From positions 210,897 through 274,896 of IMG/VR virus record IMGVR_UViG_3300034161_000018: a stretch of 64,000 nucleotides of DNA; one strand, written 5' to 3'. The notes under the pieces are model-generated. The model did not search any database. It saw only the letters and a list, made by a program, of their open reading frames with translations, and was not told where the DNA came from. The translations under genes were made by a program, and so were the position numbers. Shown in pieces: positions 27,669 through 36,665 of the stretch. This DNA is from a virus. Its lineage: Duplodnaviria; Caudoviricetes. Each line of letters begins with the position of its first letter. Position 1 is the first letter of the stretch.

Positions 27669-30600
27669 ATGGCAACAACCTACACAAAGATTTTATACGG
27701 TACTCCAACTTCAAGTTCTGAGTACAACGACTTCGGCCTTACCGCCGCAATTGCTGACGGAAACTTTGGCAGCGGCTGGTCTTCGGGCAACGCTTATTCT
27801 GTTGTTGACTACGTTGGTTACGTTTATCCGACGCCAACCAAAGTTCGCAAAATTGAATTGTATTTCCATACATGGGGGCCAACAATTGTTGTCGGCGTTG
27901 CAGACTCGTGGCCCGTATCGCAAGCCGGTTTTACTGTTCTGCGCACGATTGATGTTAACACCACGCCGAATGATGACCTCGGAGTTCCGTGGGCGAAAAA
28001 CACAGTAAACACAATTCTTTTGCCTGCTAATACTCCGTCGAAAGCGGCGTTGGCAGTTTGGACAACTAGCGGCGCAGCAAACAAACTTTCCAGCGGCGGC
28101 GTTGACCGCGAGCGTTTGTTGGAATTTAGCGCGTACACCGACGACAGTGATCCGCCTGCACCAATTGCAACAAACCCAAAACCGCCAGCCACACTTCCGG
28201 TTCTTCCGTTCACTGCGGTTCCCAACGCAAACTGGACGCGCACCGAATATTCGGCGGCAGGAACTTTCAACTTTACGCCAGCCGCAAATACCAGTTTGGT
28301 TCTCGCAATTCTGCAAGGCGCGGGGGCCGGTGGTCGAATCAACATCGGTACGGATGGCCTCGAAACTGCGGCGATTGCAAATACCGCTGGCGGCGATTCG
28401 TTTATCAGTTCTGATAACGGCCAATTGTGGCGCGCTCCGGGCGGTATCGGAATTCTCGTTCCAGATGAACCACTGCTGGCGAATCCGGAAAACTGGTTAC
28501 GCTTTTTGGATTCCGGTGGTCGCACGGGTAACACACTCGGTCGCGGAAACACACAAGCGGCAGCGGGTGTGCAATCTCTGCTTAGCGGAACTGCTGGCGC
28601 GGCGTGGACAACGGCTGCCGTTGACACAAACAGCGGAATTGTTGCATCGCCAACCAATCTCGGTGGCACTGGAACTTTACCGGGCAGCGTCGTTTATAAC
28701 GGGTTCACGCGAAGCGCAACAGTTACAGAAGGTTTTGTAAACACTGGTTCCGGCGCTGGCATTCGGACAGTTGAATACACAATCAACGCATACGCCGGAC
28801 AAATTCTTTCGTACAACTACGGACGGAATACTTCTGCGTATCAAGGTTCGATGGAGTTTCAGGTAAACGGGATTTATCAGTTTACCGATCAGTCTGCATT
28901 CATCGGCACCAAATCTGCGGCTGGTTTCTTGGTAACTGTTTCCGGCCCGCAAACAATCAAATTGATTTTCACCGGCAACGCGGCAGCACTGCCAAACGGT
29001 GTAAAACTTTACGCAATCCTTATCGACGGTATTGGCTACGGCGGTTCGACTGGTGGTGCATCTGGTCGTTTGCTTCAAGGTTTTATGTTGCCGAAACCGC
29101 TGACAATTAATGTCGGTTTGGGCGGTAACGGAATCACCGGCGGACAAACAGTTCCAACATCCGCAAACGGGCAACGTGGTTCTGGTGGTGCAGGCGGTGG
29201 TAAAGGCGGTGACGGTGTTGTAATCATTTATGAATACAAAATCCCGCTTTCCGGCGAATCGCCAATCACGCCAATTTTCAACAACTTCAACCTTGCACTG
29301 GCAACAGAACAAGTTGGTTTTTATCGCACCAACTATTTCTCGACCACGCGAAACGAACTCGTAAACTTCCGCCACAAACTACGCCCACGCTCGAAAGCTG
29401 TTTACGCAATTATCGTTGGTGCAGGCGGCGGCGTTTGGCTCGGTGCTGGTTTCTCGAAAACTGCTCCACCAAACACAAAAATCTTTACCAGCAAAGTTGC
29501 ATATGAAGTTGGTTCCGGCCAATGTTCTGCGGGGCCAGACGGAAACGGTTCTTCGCCGGGTGCGGGTGGTGTTGTCGTTAGCGCTTCCGGTGAAGTGCTG
29601 GCTTCAAAAAATGGTGGTCAAGGTTTCGGCGGCGCATCTTCCGGCGTAACACCTTCCGGCGTCACTGGCGGCTATGGCGATGGTGCAAGTTCCAGCGCGT
29701 ACTATTGGGCAGGCGGTGGTTCTGGTGCTTATGCACTTGTGGCACTCGGCGAAAAAGATTTCAACTCGGATCATTCGGTTGACATTACTTTCAGCGGCCC
29801 GCAATTCATCACCAGCACGCAAGGCACGTCCGGCGCGGTTTTCATCTTTGAAACAGAAACCGTAATCGGCCCGCTGACTTCGCAAACTGCTGAATTGGTT
29901 TTGCAGAAAAACACAATCGGCCAAACGCAAGTAACGCAAGCTGCGCAACTGGTGTTGCAGAAAACCAACGCAGGCGCCCCGTCGAATACGCAAGTCACCC
30001 AATCGGTAATGCTGATTCTGCAACGGAATCCGAAATCGACTGGCACTTCTGTAACCGAACAATTGTTGGAAGTTGTAACGACTGCGGAACCGGGCAACGC
30101 TCGCATTTCGCAAAACGTGCAATCGGTGCTGGTTGAATCTGATCCTGTTTCGCAAAACGTAACTCAAGTTGCCTCGTTGGTTCTGATTAAGGAAAACCCG
30201 ACGATCATCCAAGTGATGGACTTCGGCGTAATGCGTTATCCATTGAAGAATCAATTGTACACTTCGTTGATAAACAAAATCGACGGTGTGGGGCAAGGCA
30301 ATACTTTGCGCGTGCAATTGGAAGGTGATCTGCCAGTGGGTTCCTCGTTGATTATTAATGGCGTGGATACTGGAAGTCTAACCGCGATGGTGAAAGACGG
30401 CGACACGATTCAGCTTAAAGGCGGCGTGACGAATTATTTCATTACCAGTCAATTCCTGTATGCGTATTTGCAACGCGGCGATCAAATCATTCGTGAGCAT
30501 GCTGGTTTCTGGTCGGTGCTGCAAGCTGATTTGGCTCCACGCAAACGCGCAACGATTGGTGTTGTCGGCAAGTTCATCGGAATGCTTGTGTCGAAAGCTG

Positions 30601-31802
30601 ATTCGATTCTTTCCGGTAAAACGACTGGTCTGAAAACTTCGGGCCGTGGTGTGTTGGCAAATGCGTTGACTGCAAACGTCGCAAAAGAAAATGCTGTAAT
30701 CGCACCTAAGCAAACTGCTATTCCGGATTCGGCGTTGGCTGTACTGCTCGCGAATAACGGAACGCAAGTGGCGAAGGACAACACGGTTCTCAGCGGAACG
30801 CAAACATTCACAGCGCGTCCTAGTCCCGGCACCATTATGTGGTTCTGGAATAATTGGATTGCACGAAATCTCGGGTCAACCGCAAACTGGAATCAAACAC
30901 AAACACTTGGCGCCGGTCAACGGATTGCAAAAGGTGAAGTGTGGTTCCGTGCAGCGAACGGCGCGTCGATTGCGAAAGCAGAACAATTTTGGGTTCGCGG
31001 CACTGCGCAACAATCCAGTAACGCCGACCAACTGTACTCTGTTTTCAAAACTGATGAACCTGTGTTTATGAGTGCGCTTATGTACACGGCGGCAAAAACA
31101 CGCGCAGAGAAATTTGCACGCGTTGCCTACACCTACGCGCCGACCTACGTGTTCTCGCCAATTGAACTTGTGGAATACACTGTTCAAGAACGGGACAAGG
31201 TTGCATACATCGGCCAGCAATGGCAACAAACGATGGTTCACGGTTTCGCGTGGAAAACACCGGATTGGATTTCCCCGGCAAAAGACAACACGGAAGTGCG
31301 CGGGAAATTGGATTTCGTTTCTGCGGTTCCAGTTCACATTCACTTGTTTGGCAAAAACGATTGGCTCACTGTACACATGCCGAGTGGCGCTTACCGTTCG
31401 CGTGAATTCGCGAAATTGGAAATCGGCAAATCGTCTACCAGTGTGCAGAATTGGACATTCCGTTCGACGACCGCAACATTGTCGCCGACGGTTGGGTACG
31501 CCGCACGCCTCAGTAATTCGACTTTGATTAACGTCGAGTATCGAGTTACGAAAGCAAACGCAACCCTGTTCAATATGAAGCCGATTCTTTATCAGGCTGG
31601 CAAAAACCAAATTGATAAAGCGAAATACTACATGGGCTTTACCACCAAAGCAGAAGTCGATGCGTTTATTGTCAACTTCCTGAAACCGACAACGAAAACG
31701 AAACTTGACGGTTACGTGTATCGCGTCGGAACAGACGATACTCTGGTGTGTGAAGTACGTGGGCCAAACATGCCGATTGCGTGGCTGATGCACGGCGGTT
31801 GA
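27669..31802 (+). CDS. Large Gly-rich tail fibre-like protein with N-terminal discoidin (F5/8C)-like domain
   Basis: AIADGNFGSGWSS...PTKVRKIELY...EFSAY at the N-terminus. ILQGAGAGG and IIVGAGGG Gly-rich domains. Six Q-rich beta repeats. Confidence 0.78.
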   Translation: MATTYTKILYGTPTSSSEYNDFGLTAAIADGNFGSGWSSGNAYSVVDYVGYVYPTPTKVRKIELYFHTWGPTIVVGVADSWPVSQAGFTVLRTIDVNTTPNDDLGVPWAKNTVNTILLPANTPSKAALAVWTTSGAANKLSSGGVDRERLLEFSAYTDDSDPPAPIATNPKPPATLPVLPFTAVPNANWTRTEYSAAGTFNFTPAANTSLVLAILQGAGAGGRINIGTDGLETAAIANTAGGDSFISSDNGQLWRAPGGIGILVPDEPLLANPENWLRFLDSGGRTGNTLGRGNTQAAAGVQSLLSGTAGAAWTTAAVDTNSGIVASPTNLGGTGTLPGSVVYNGFTRSATVTEGFVNTGSGAGIRTVEYTINAYAGQILSYNYGRNTSAYQGSMEFQVNGIYQFTDQSAFIGTKSAAGFLVTVSGPQTIKLIFTGNAAALPNGVKLYAILIDGIGYGGSTGGASGRLLQGFMLPKPLTINVGLGGNGITGGQTVPTSANGQRGSGGAGGGKGGDGVVIIYEYKIPLSGESPITPIFNNFNLALATEQVGFYRTNYFSTTRNELVNFRHKLRPRSKAVYAIIVGAGGGVWLGAGFSKTAPPNTKIFTSKVAYEVGSGQCSAGPDGNGSSPGAGGVVVSASGEVLASKNGGQGFGGASSGVTPSGVTGGYGDGASSSAYYWAGGGSGAYALVALGEKDFNSDHSVDITFSGPQFITSTQGTSGAVFIFETETVIGPLTSQTAELVLQKNTIGQTQVTQAAQLVLQKTNAGAPSNTQVTQSVMLILQRNPKSTGTSVTEQLLEVVTTAEPGNARISQNVQSVLVESDPVSQNVTQVASLVLIKENPTIIQVMDFGVMRYPLKNQLYTSLINKIDGVGQGNTLRVQLEGDLPVGSSLIINGVDTGSLTAMVKDGDTIQLKGGVTNYFITSQFLYAYLQRGDQIIREHAGFWSVLQADLAPRKRATIGVVGKFIGMLVSKADSILSGKTTGLKTSGRGVLANALTANVAKENAVIAPKQTAIPDSALAVLLANNGTQVAKDNTVLSGTQTFTARPSPGTIMWFWNNWIARNLGSTANWNQTQTLGAGQRIAKGEVWFRAANGASIAKAEQFWVRGTAQQSSNADQLYSVFKTDEPVFMSALMYTAAKTRAEKFARVAYTYAPTYVFSPIELVEYTVQERDKVAYIGQQWQQTMVHGFAWKTPDWISPAKDNTEVRGKLDFVSAVPVHIHLFGKNDWLTVHMPSGAYRSREFAKLEIGKSSTSVQNWTFRSTTATLSPTVGYAARLSNSTLINVEYRVTKANATLFNMKPILYQAGKNQIDKAKYYMGFTTKAEVDAFIVNFLKPTTKTKLDGYVYRVGTDDTLVCEVRGPNMPIAWLMHGG

Positions 31803-31804
31803 CA

Positions 31805-31813
31805 TAATTTAAC
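31805..31813 (+). promoter_or_regulatory. TAATTTAAC candidate late promoter
   Basis: Immediately after the stop at 31802 and about 30 nt upstream of ATG 31844. Confidence 0.45.
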
Positions 31814-31843
31814 AAAAGGATTGTAGAGAAGGAAAAAAGCTAA

Positions 31844-32269
31844 ATGGTCATGTCTCAGGGTAAAAAACTCAGTGAGGCTGGTCTACGCAAACGGAAAACG
31901 TTCACTTACACAACCGCTACACTAAAGCCAAACGCCAGCGAATCGTTTTCGATGGAACTCGGGCATTCGGTGATCGTGCAGCGGTTGAAAGTAAGTGGGC
32001 CTTGTTTGGTTGAAGTTTACGGTGATCCGAATTTCGATCCCGCGATCGACCCAAACCCCTACACATTCCGCGCAACCGATGACCATTTACTTGATGATGG
32101 TTCTACGTTGCTGCGGGATGGTACGGTTTTGAAAACCAGACAGTATTCGATTTTCGTAAACCTTGAAAACCCCAGCAAACCGTTCATGTATGGTCAAGTC
32201 ACAAACAATGGTGCGACCAACGCAAAGCTTACGCTGGATTTAACTTATTTGATTGTTGAGGAATTCTAA
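31844..32269 (+). CDS. Putative virion structural protein
   Basis: 141 aa beta-rich ORF, coupled to the next gene (TAAATG). Confidence 0.7.
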   Translation: MVMSQGKKLSEAGLRKRKTFTYTTATLKPNASESFSMELGHSVIVQRLKVSGPCLVEVYGDPNFDPAIDPNPYTFRATDDHLLDDGSTLLRDGTVLKTRQYSIFVNLENPSKPFMYGQVTNNGATNAKLTLDLTYLIVEEF

Positions 32270-33409
32270 ATGGCAACTGGATTTCAGATTCGCCGCCACG
32301 GTTTCAAAACCGCTGGCACTCTGATGTTGTCGGTGATCGACGACCTGCTGGCGAACGGTTTCACTTATTGCGGTACTGGCTCGTATCAAAAACCAGTCGG
32401 CGCCGCAATTGAAGGTTTTTCCACCACGCTGGAAGCTGGCCCAAACGTTGACCCGCTGAATCCGCTGCCACAAGGCGGCGTTGCAAACCAAGCGTGGCGT
32501 TTGAACGTCACTGTTTACGATAACGCAACTGCCGGTATTGTTGTTGGTCCTGATTCGCAATTGCCAAACGGTGGCGCACTTCCTTTCGTAACCAACGAAT
32601 TTGAATCCGGCGCAACCACAACTTACGGCGGCGTTGTTGGCCCTGTTGGTCAGCGTTACTCGAAATTCGGCGAAGACCCGGTAACTGGCGCCGACCGTTG
32701 GAAGTTTCCAGCACCTGCAAACATTCGCCCAAGCAAGTTCGCAACTCAAGGTTTTATCAACCGTGGTTTGCGTGTTTGGGTTGGCGTCAACAACGATCCA
32801 CTGACCGCAACCGCGCCAGTACAACCGACTGATCCTACAAAAGATTTGTCGTCCGCTTACCCAATGTCGTATTTCCTGTCGATTACTCCGCGTGGTGTTT
32901 TCCTTTCCGTTTGGGAAGGTGCAGCGTCCGACGTTGACGGCAACTATTTCAGTTGGATGTTGGTACAACGTCCAGTTGATCGCGACACTGGTGCGACAAT
33001 TGTTTCCGGCAAAGCTCCAGTTTTCTGCGTGGCTTCTGTCGGTGGGCAGATTACTCGTTTTGTTGTTCGTGAATCCGACGTGCTGCGCGCAACGTGGCCT
33101 GCATCGGCAACCAAAGATGATCCGGACACCGCCGCAATCATCAACGACAAAATTCAAGTTGCTGTTTCGGAAGATAACCAATACGTGGTTTCTTTCCCAA
33201 GCCGCTTGAACACTCCGCGCTACGCTTACACTTACGAACTCGACATGATCGGGTACACCAGTGCGACCGTGGTTTCGCAAAATACCGAAGTGCCGTTGAC
33301 TTTGTATAACGAAGCGCAACCGCGTAATTACGTGGCTGTCCACGCAAACCAAGTAAACAGCAACGGCATGCGTATCGTCGCGCTTGTCAAAGGCGGCGGC
33401 ATTTCGTAA
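32270..33409 (+). CDS. Putative tail/virion protein, paralog A
   Basis: Shares LVQRPVDR.TGA, GKAPVF, RESDVLR and RLNTPRYAYTYELDM with the next gene. Confidence 0.8.
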   Translation: MATGFQIRRHGFKTAGTLMLSVIDDLLANGFTYCGTGSYQKPVGAAIEGFSTTLEAGPNVDPLNPLPQGGVANQAWRLNVTVYDNATAGIVVGPDSQLPNGGALPFVTNEFESGATTTYGGVVGPVGQRYSKFGEDPVTGADRWKFPAPANIRPSKFATQGFINRGLRVWVGVNNDPLTATAPVQPTDPTKDLSSAYPMSYFLSITPRGVFLSVWEGAASDVDGNYFSWMLVQRPVDRDTGATIVSGKAPVFCVASVGGQITRFVVRESDVLRATWPASATKDDPDTAAIINDKIQVAVSEDNQYVVSFPSRLNTPRYAYTYELDMIGYTSATVVSQNTEVPLTLYNEAQPRNYVAVHANQVNSNGMRIVALVKGGGIS

Positions 33410-33422
33410 TAGGGGAAAGTAA

Positions 33423-34448
33423 ATGGCATCTTCTGGTTTTGTAGTTCGCCGTTCCGGGTTCGTCACTGTTGGCGACCTGATGATTTCGGTCGTAAATGAT
33501 TTGACGGCAAACGGTTTCAAAGCCGTTTTCCCAAATCCGTGGGTTGTTCCAAACACTCCACAAAAATGGGCCGTTACTCTGGAAGCTTCGGAAACTGTTG
33601 ACCCGCTCAACGCCGTCGCACTTCCAAACAAACAACCGTGGCGTTTGCGCGTAGAAGTTTACGATCAATACACTTCGTCGTTTGTTGTTGGTTCGCAACT
33701 TTCGCTTCCGGATTCCGGCGCGCAGTCGTGGTTGGTTGCAGGTTCTGACACCGCTGGCCCGCTCGGCGTTGTTGGTGGCAAATACACGCAAGGCACCGGC
33801 ATCACGCGTTCGCCTTTGCCGACTGACATTAAACAAGGTTTCCTTAACCGGAAAAACCGTGTGATGGCAGGCTCGGTTGATCTTTCCGCTTCTTATCCAA
33901 TGTCGTACTACATTTGCATTACGCCTCGCGGCGTTTTCATCGACGTTTGGGAAGACTTGACCACTGACACTTTGGCAATTCCGCATGCGTGGTTGCTGGT
34001 TCAACGTCCAGTGGATCGGAAAACCGGCGCCGTAGTTGTAACCGGTAAAGCGCCAGTGTTTGCGCTGTACAGTGTTGGTGGCGTAATCAACAAAATGGTA
34101 ATTCGTGAATCCGACGTTCTGCGTCCTTCCGAATCCTACGACGCCACGCTCGACACCACGAACAGCGCAGCGGTAATCAACGCAAACGAACAAGTTGCGA
34201 TTTCGGAAAACAACCAATACGTTGTGAGCTTCCCGGCGCGTTTGAATACGCCGCGTTACGCTTACACTTACGAACTGGATATGTTGGGTTACACGTCTTC
34301 GGACGTGGTTGCAGAAAACACCTATCTGCCACTTCGCGTTTACGGTGAAACTTCCGACCGCCGTTTTGTTGCGATGCACGCCAACAAACCAAACAACGCC
34401 GGTATGCGAATCGTCGCTCTGAACACTGGTGGCGGTATCGTTCCGTAA
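33423..34448 (+). CDS. Putative tail/virion protein, paralog B
   Basis: Clear paralog of 32270-33409. Confidence 0.8.
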   Translation: MASSGFVVRRSGFVTVGDLMISVVNDLTANGFKAVFPNPWVVPNTPQKWAVTLEASETVDPLNAVALPNKQPWRLRVEVYDQYTSSFVVGSQLSLPDSGAQSWLVAGSDTAGPLGVVGGKYTQGTGITRSPLPTDIKQGFLNRKNRVMAGSVDLSASYPMSYYICITPRGVFIDVWEDLTTDTLAIPHAWLLVQRPVDRKTGAVVVTGKAPVFALYSVGGVINKMVIRESDVLRPSESYDATLDTTNSAAVINANEQVAISENNQYVVSFPARLNTPRYAYTYELDMLGYTSSDVVAENTYLPLRVYGETSDRRFVAMHANKPNNAGMRIVALNTGGGIVP

Positions 34449-34492
34449 TTCGATTTTGGGCAGGGACGCCCACGTCTTAAAAGGAAAAGCGC

Positions 34493-35542
34493 ATGGCAGT
34501 TCTTTTTCATGACGGACTCGACCATTACGGCGCAGGCAATATCCCAAACTCACTGGCGCAAGTCGGTGGGTTTGTTGCTTCCGGTTATTCGATTCCGACG
34601 CAAACAATTTCACTTCAAGAAACGTATGCACGTTACACTGCGGCCCGCACCGGTTCGCCTTTGTCGTGTGGTGCGTCTCTCAATTCTTCAAACGTTGCAA
34701 ACCAAATCTGGATTCAGCGCGCAATGCCTGCATGGGCCACGCGCCTAGTGTTCGGTTTCGCATTCCGCGTTAATGCTGTTCCGGCAACGGAAACGCAAAT
34801 CCTCGAATTAAACTCCACTCTCCAACTCATGATTCAGGCCGACCTGAAAGTGAAAGTCTTCGGCGCAACTGCTGATTACACTGTTGAGATTGGCGTCTAC
34901 TATTTCGGCGAAATTCAAATCGACACGGCAGGCAATGCCACGCTTTGGATTTCCAACACGCAAGTGGCAACCGCAACAGGCCGTAATGCCACGGTAACTT
35001 CTTGGCATCTGATGGCGAAAAACACATCGGCTGTTCAAGCAAACTTGATTAACGTTGACGATATTTACGTGCTCGACGGATCAGGCACCGCAAACACCAG
35101 CCGCCTTGGACGGACGAATTCGGTCATTCGGATTCCTACGGCTACGGTAGAGGCTGGTTTTTCTGTTTCAAGTGGCGCCGCTTTGAACCACACGTATGTG
35201 AATAAAATCTCACCGCTCGGCGATTCGTCGTATGTGAAATCCAACAAAGCAGTGCGCGACCTGTACGGCAACAACGCTGCAATGCTTACAACAAAACCGA
35301 TTCGTGCTATTTCGATTATCACTTCGGCACGACGCGAAGACGGTGACGATTTCCGAATCATCCCGGTTGTGAAAAGTGGCAGCGCAACAAAAGAAGGCGC
35401 GGAATACACGCTTACGCAATACAACTACACCGGCAACTTCCAAGTGTTTGAAACCGATCCCGCGACAAATGCGCTTTGGTTATCGGCTGGCCTACTCGCT
35501 GCAAGTTGGGGCCAACGTTTGAAAGTTCCAGTCACAACATAG
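34493..35542 (+). CDS. Virion protein, MAVLxxDGFDHY family, paralog 1
   Basis: MAVLFHDGLDHYG N-terminus. VDDIYVLDGSG...SRLG motif. ConA-like beta-sandwich pattern. Confidence 0.78.
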   Translation: MAVLFHDGLDHYGAGNIPNSLAQVGGFVASGYSIPTQTISLQETYARYTAARTGSPLSCGASLNSSNVANQIWIQRAMPAWATRLVFGFAFRVNAVPATETQILELNSTLQLMIQADLKVKVFGATADYTVEIGVYYFGEIQIDTAGNATLWISNTQVATATGRNATVTSWHLMAKNTSAVQANLINVDDIYVLDGSGTANTSRLGRTNSVIRIPTATVEAGFSVSSGAALNHTYVNKISPLGDSSYVKSNKAVRDLYGNNAAMLTTKPIRAISIITSARREDGDDFRIIPVVKSGSATKEGAEYTLTQYNYTGNFQVFETDPATNALWLSAGLLAASWGQRLKVPVTT

Positions 35543-35552
35543 GATTTGAAAA

Positions 35553-36638
35553 ATGGCAGTCCTTCAATTTGATGGTTTCGATCATTATGGCGCCGCAACA
35601 CTGGCTACCGTTTCAAACCGCCAAGCGTTTGAGGCCGCTGGTTTCGCCGTGTCCAGCACAACCCGCGTAATGGCGTTCGGCACTGCTTACGGAAAAAACG
35701 CCGGTTCCTACGGCATGCGTTTGGTTTCTTCGACACAGGCTGACACCGCTGCAAACCAAGTGCAGATTTCCAAACCGATCAAACCGGAACAGTGGAAAAG
35801 CGCGACCCCATACGTTGCAAAAGATTTGGTGATTCTCGGTTTTGCATTCCGCATGGTTATCAACCCGACTGCCGAATTGATTATCGCGAAAGTGGGCGAC
35901 CATGACGTGAGTGTCGGCATTGATATGTTTATGCTGGCCGACGGTTTTCCAACCGCGTACCAAATCGAATTGTCGATCTGGAACTATTGCGAAGTCGAAG
36001 TGAACGCCCGCGACTCGAAATACCGCGTGTGGATGAACGACATTCTGATTTCGGAAAGAACACTCACCGAACAAACGGTAAACTTCGACAAGTGGGAAAT
36101 CAAAGCGCTGTATCGTGCAAACGGCACAGCGGGCCAGTCGATCATGGACGTGGACGATTACTATTTGCTCGACGGTTCTACTTCTGCGACCAGCGTTGCA
36201 ACTGTCCGTCTTGGCAAAATCAACGTGGCTACGCGTCTGCCGCTTTCTGATTCGGAAGTTGCATTCGGTCGCGACTCGGGCACCACAAACTTTTCGCGTG
36301 TGAACGAACAAACTCCAAACGGCGATTCGTCGTATGTGTATTCCGGTACGGTCGGTGCAATTGATCTTTACGGAAACAACACGGCGCTGACTGTGGTTGA
36401 CGATAACGCAATCGTTGCTGTAGCTGTTGCAGTTTCTGCGCGTCAAACCGAACCGGATAGTTTGTCTTTGGCACCGATGATTAAAAACCTCGGCCAGACT
36501 TACACCGGCGATAAACTGGCGTTGAAGGCCGCGTCGTATTCCGCCGAGAAAGGCATTTTTGAACTTGATCCAAGCACTGGTGTTCGGTGGAAACCTGCGG
36601 GCGTATTGACCGCTACGTTCGGCCAGAAAATTGGATAA
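35553..36638 (+). CDS. Virion protein, MAVLxxDGFDHY family, paralog 2
   Basis: MAVLQFDGFDHYG N-terminus and VDDYYLLDGS...VRLG motif. Confidence 0.78.
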   Translation: MAVLQFDGFDHYGAATLATVSNRQAFEAAGFAVSSTTRVMAFGTAYGKNAGSYGMRLVSSTQADTAANQVQISKPIKPEQWKSATPYVAKDLVILGFAFRMVINPTAELIIAKVGDHDVSVGIDMFMLADGFPTAYQIELSIWNYCEVEVNARDSKYRVWMNDILISERTLTEQTVNFDKWEIKALYRANGTAGQSIMDVDDYYLLDGSTSATSVATVRLGKINVATRLPLSDSEVAFGRDSGTTNFSRVNEQTPNGDSSYVYSGTVGAIDLYGNNTALTVVDDNAIVAVAVAVSARQTEPDSLSLAPMIKNLGQTYTGDKLALKAASYSAEKGIFELDPSTGVRWKPAGVLTATFGQKIG

Positions 36639-36665
36639 AGTCGCGCCGTAAATAGGGAGCCTAAT

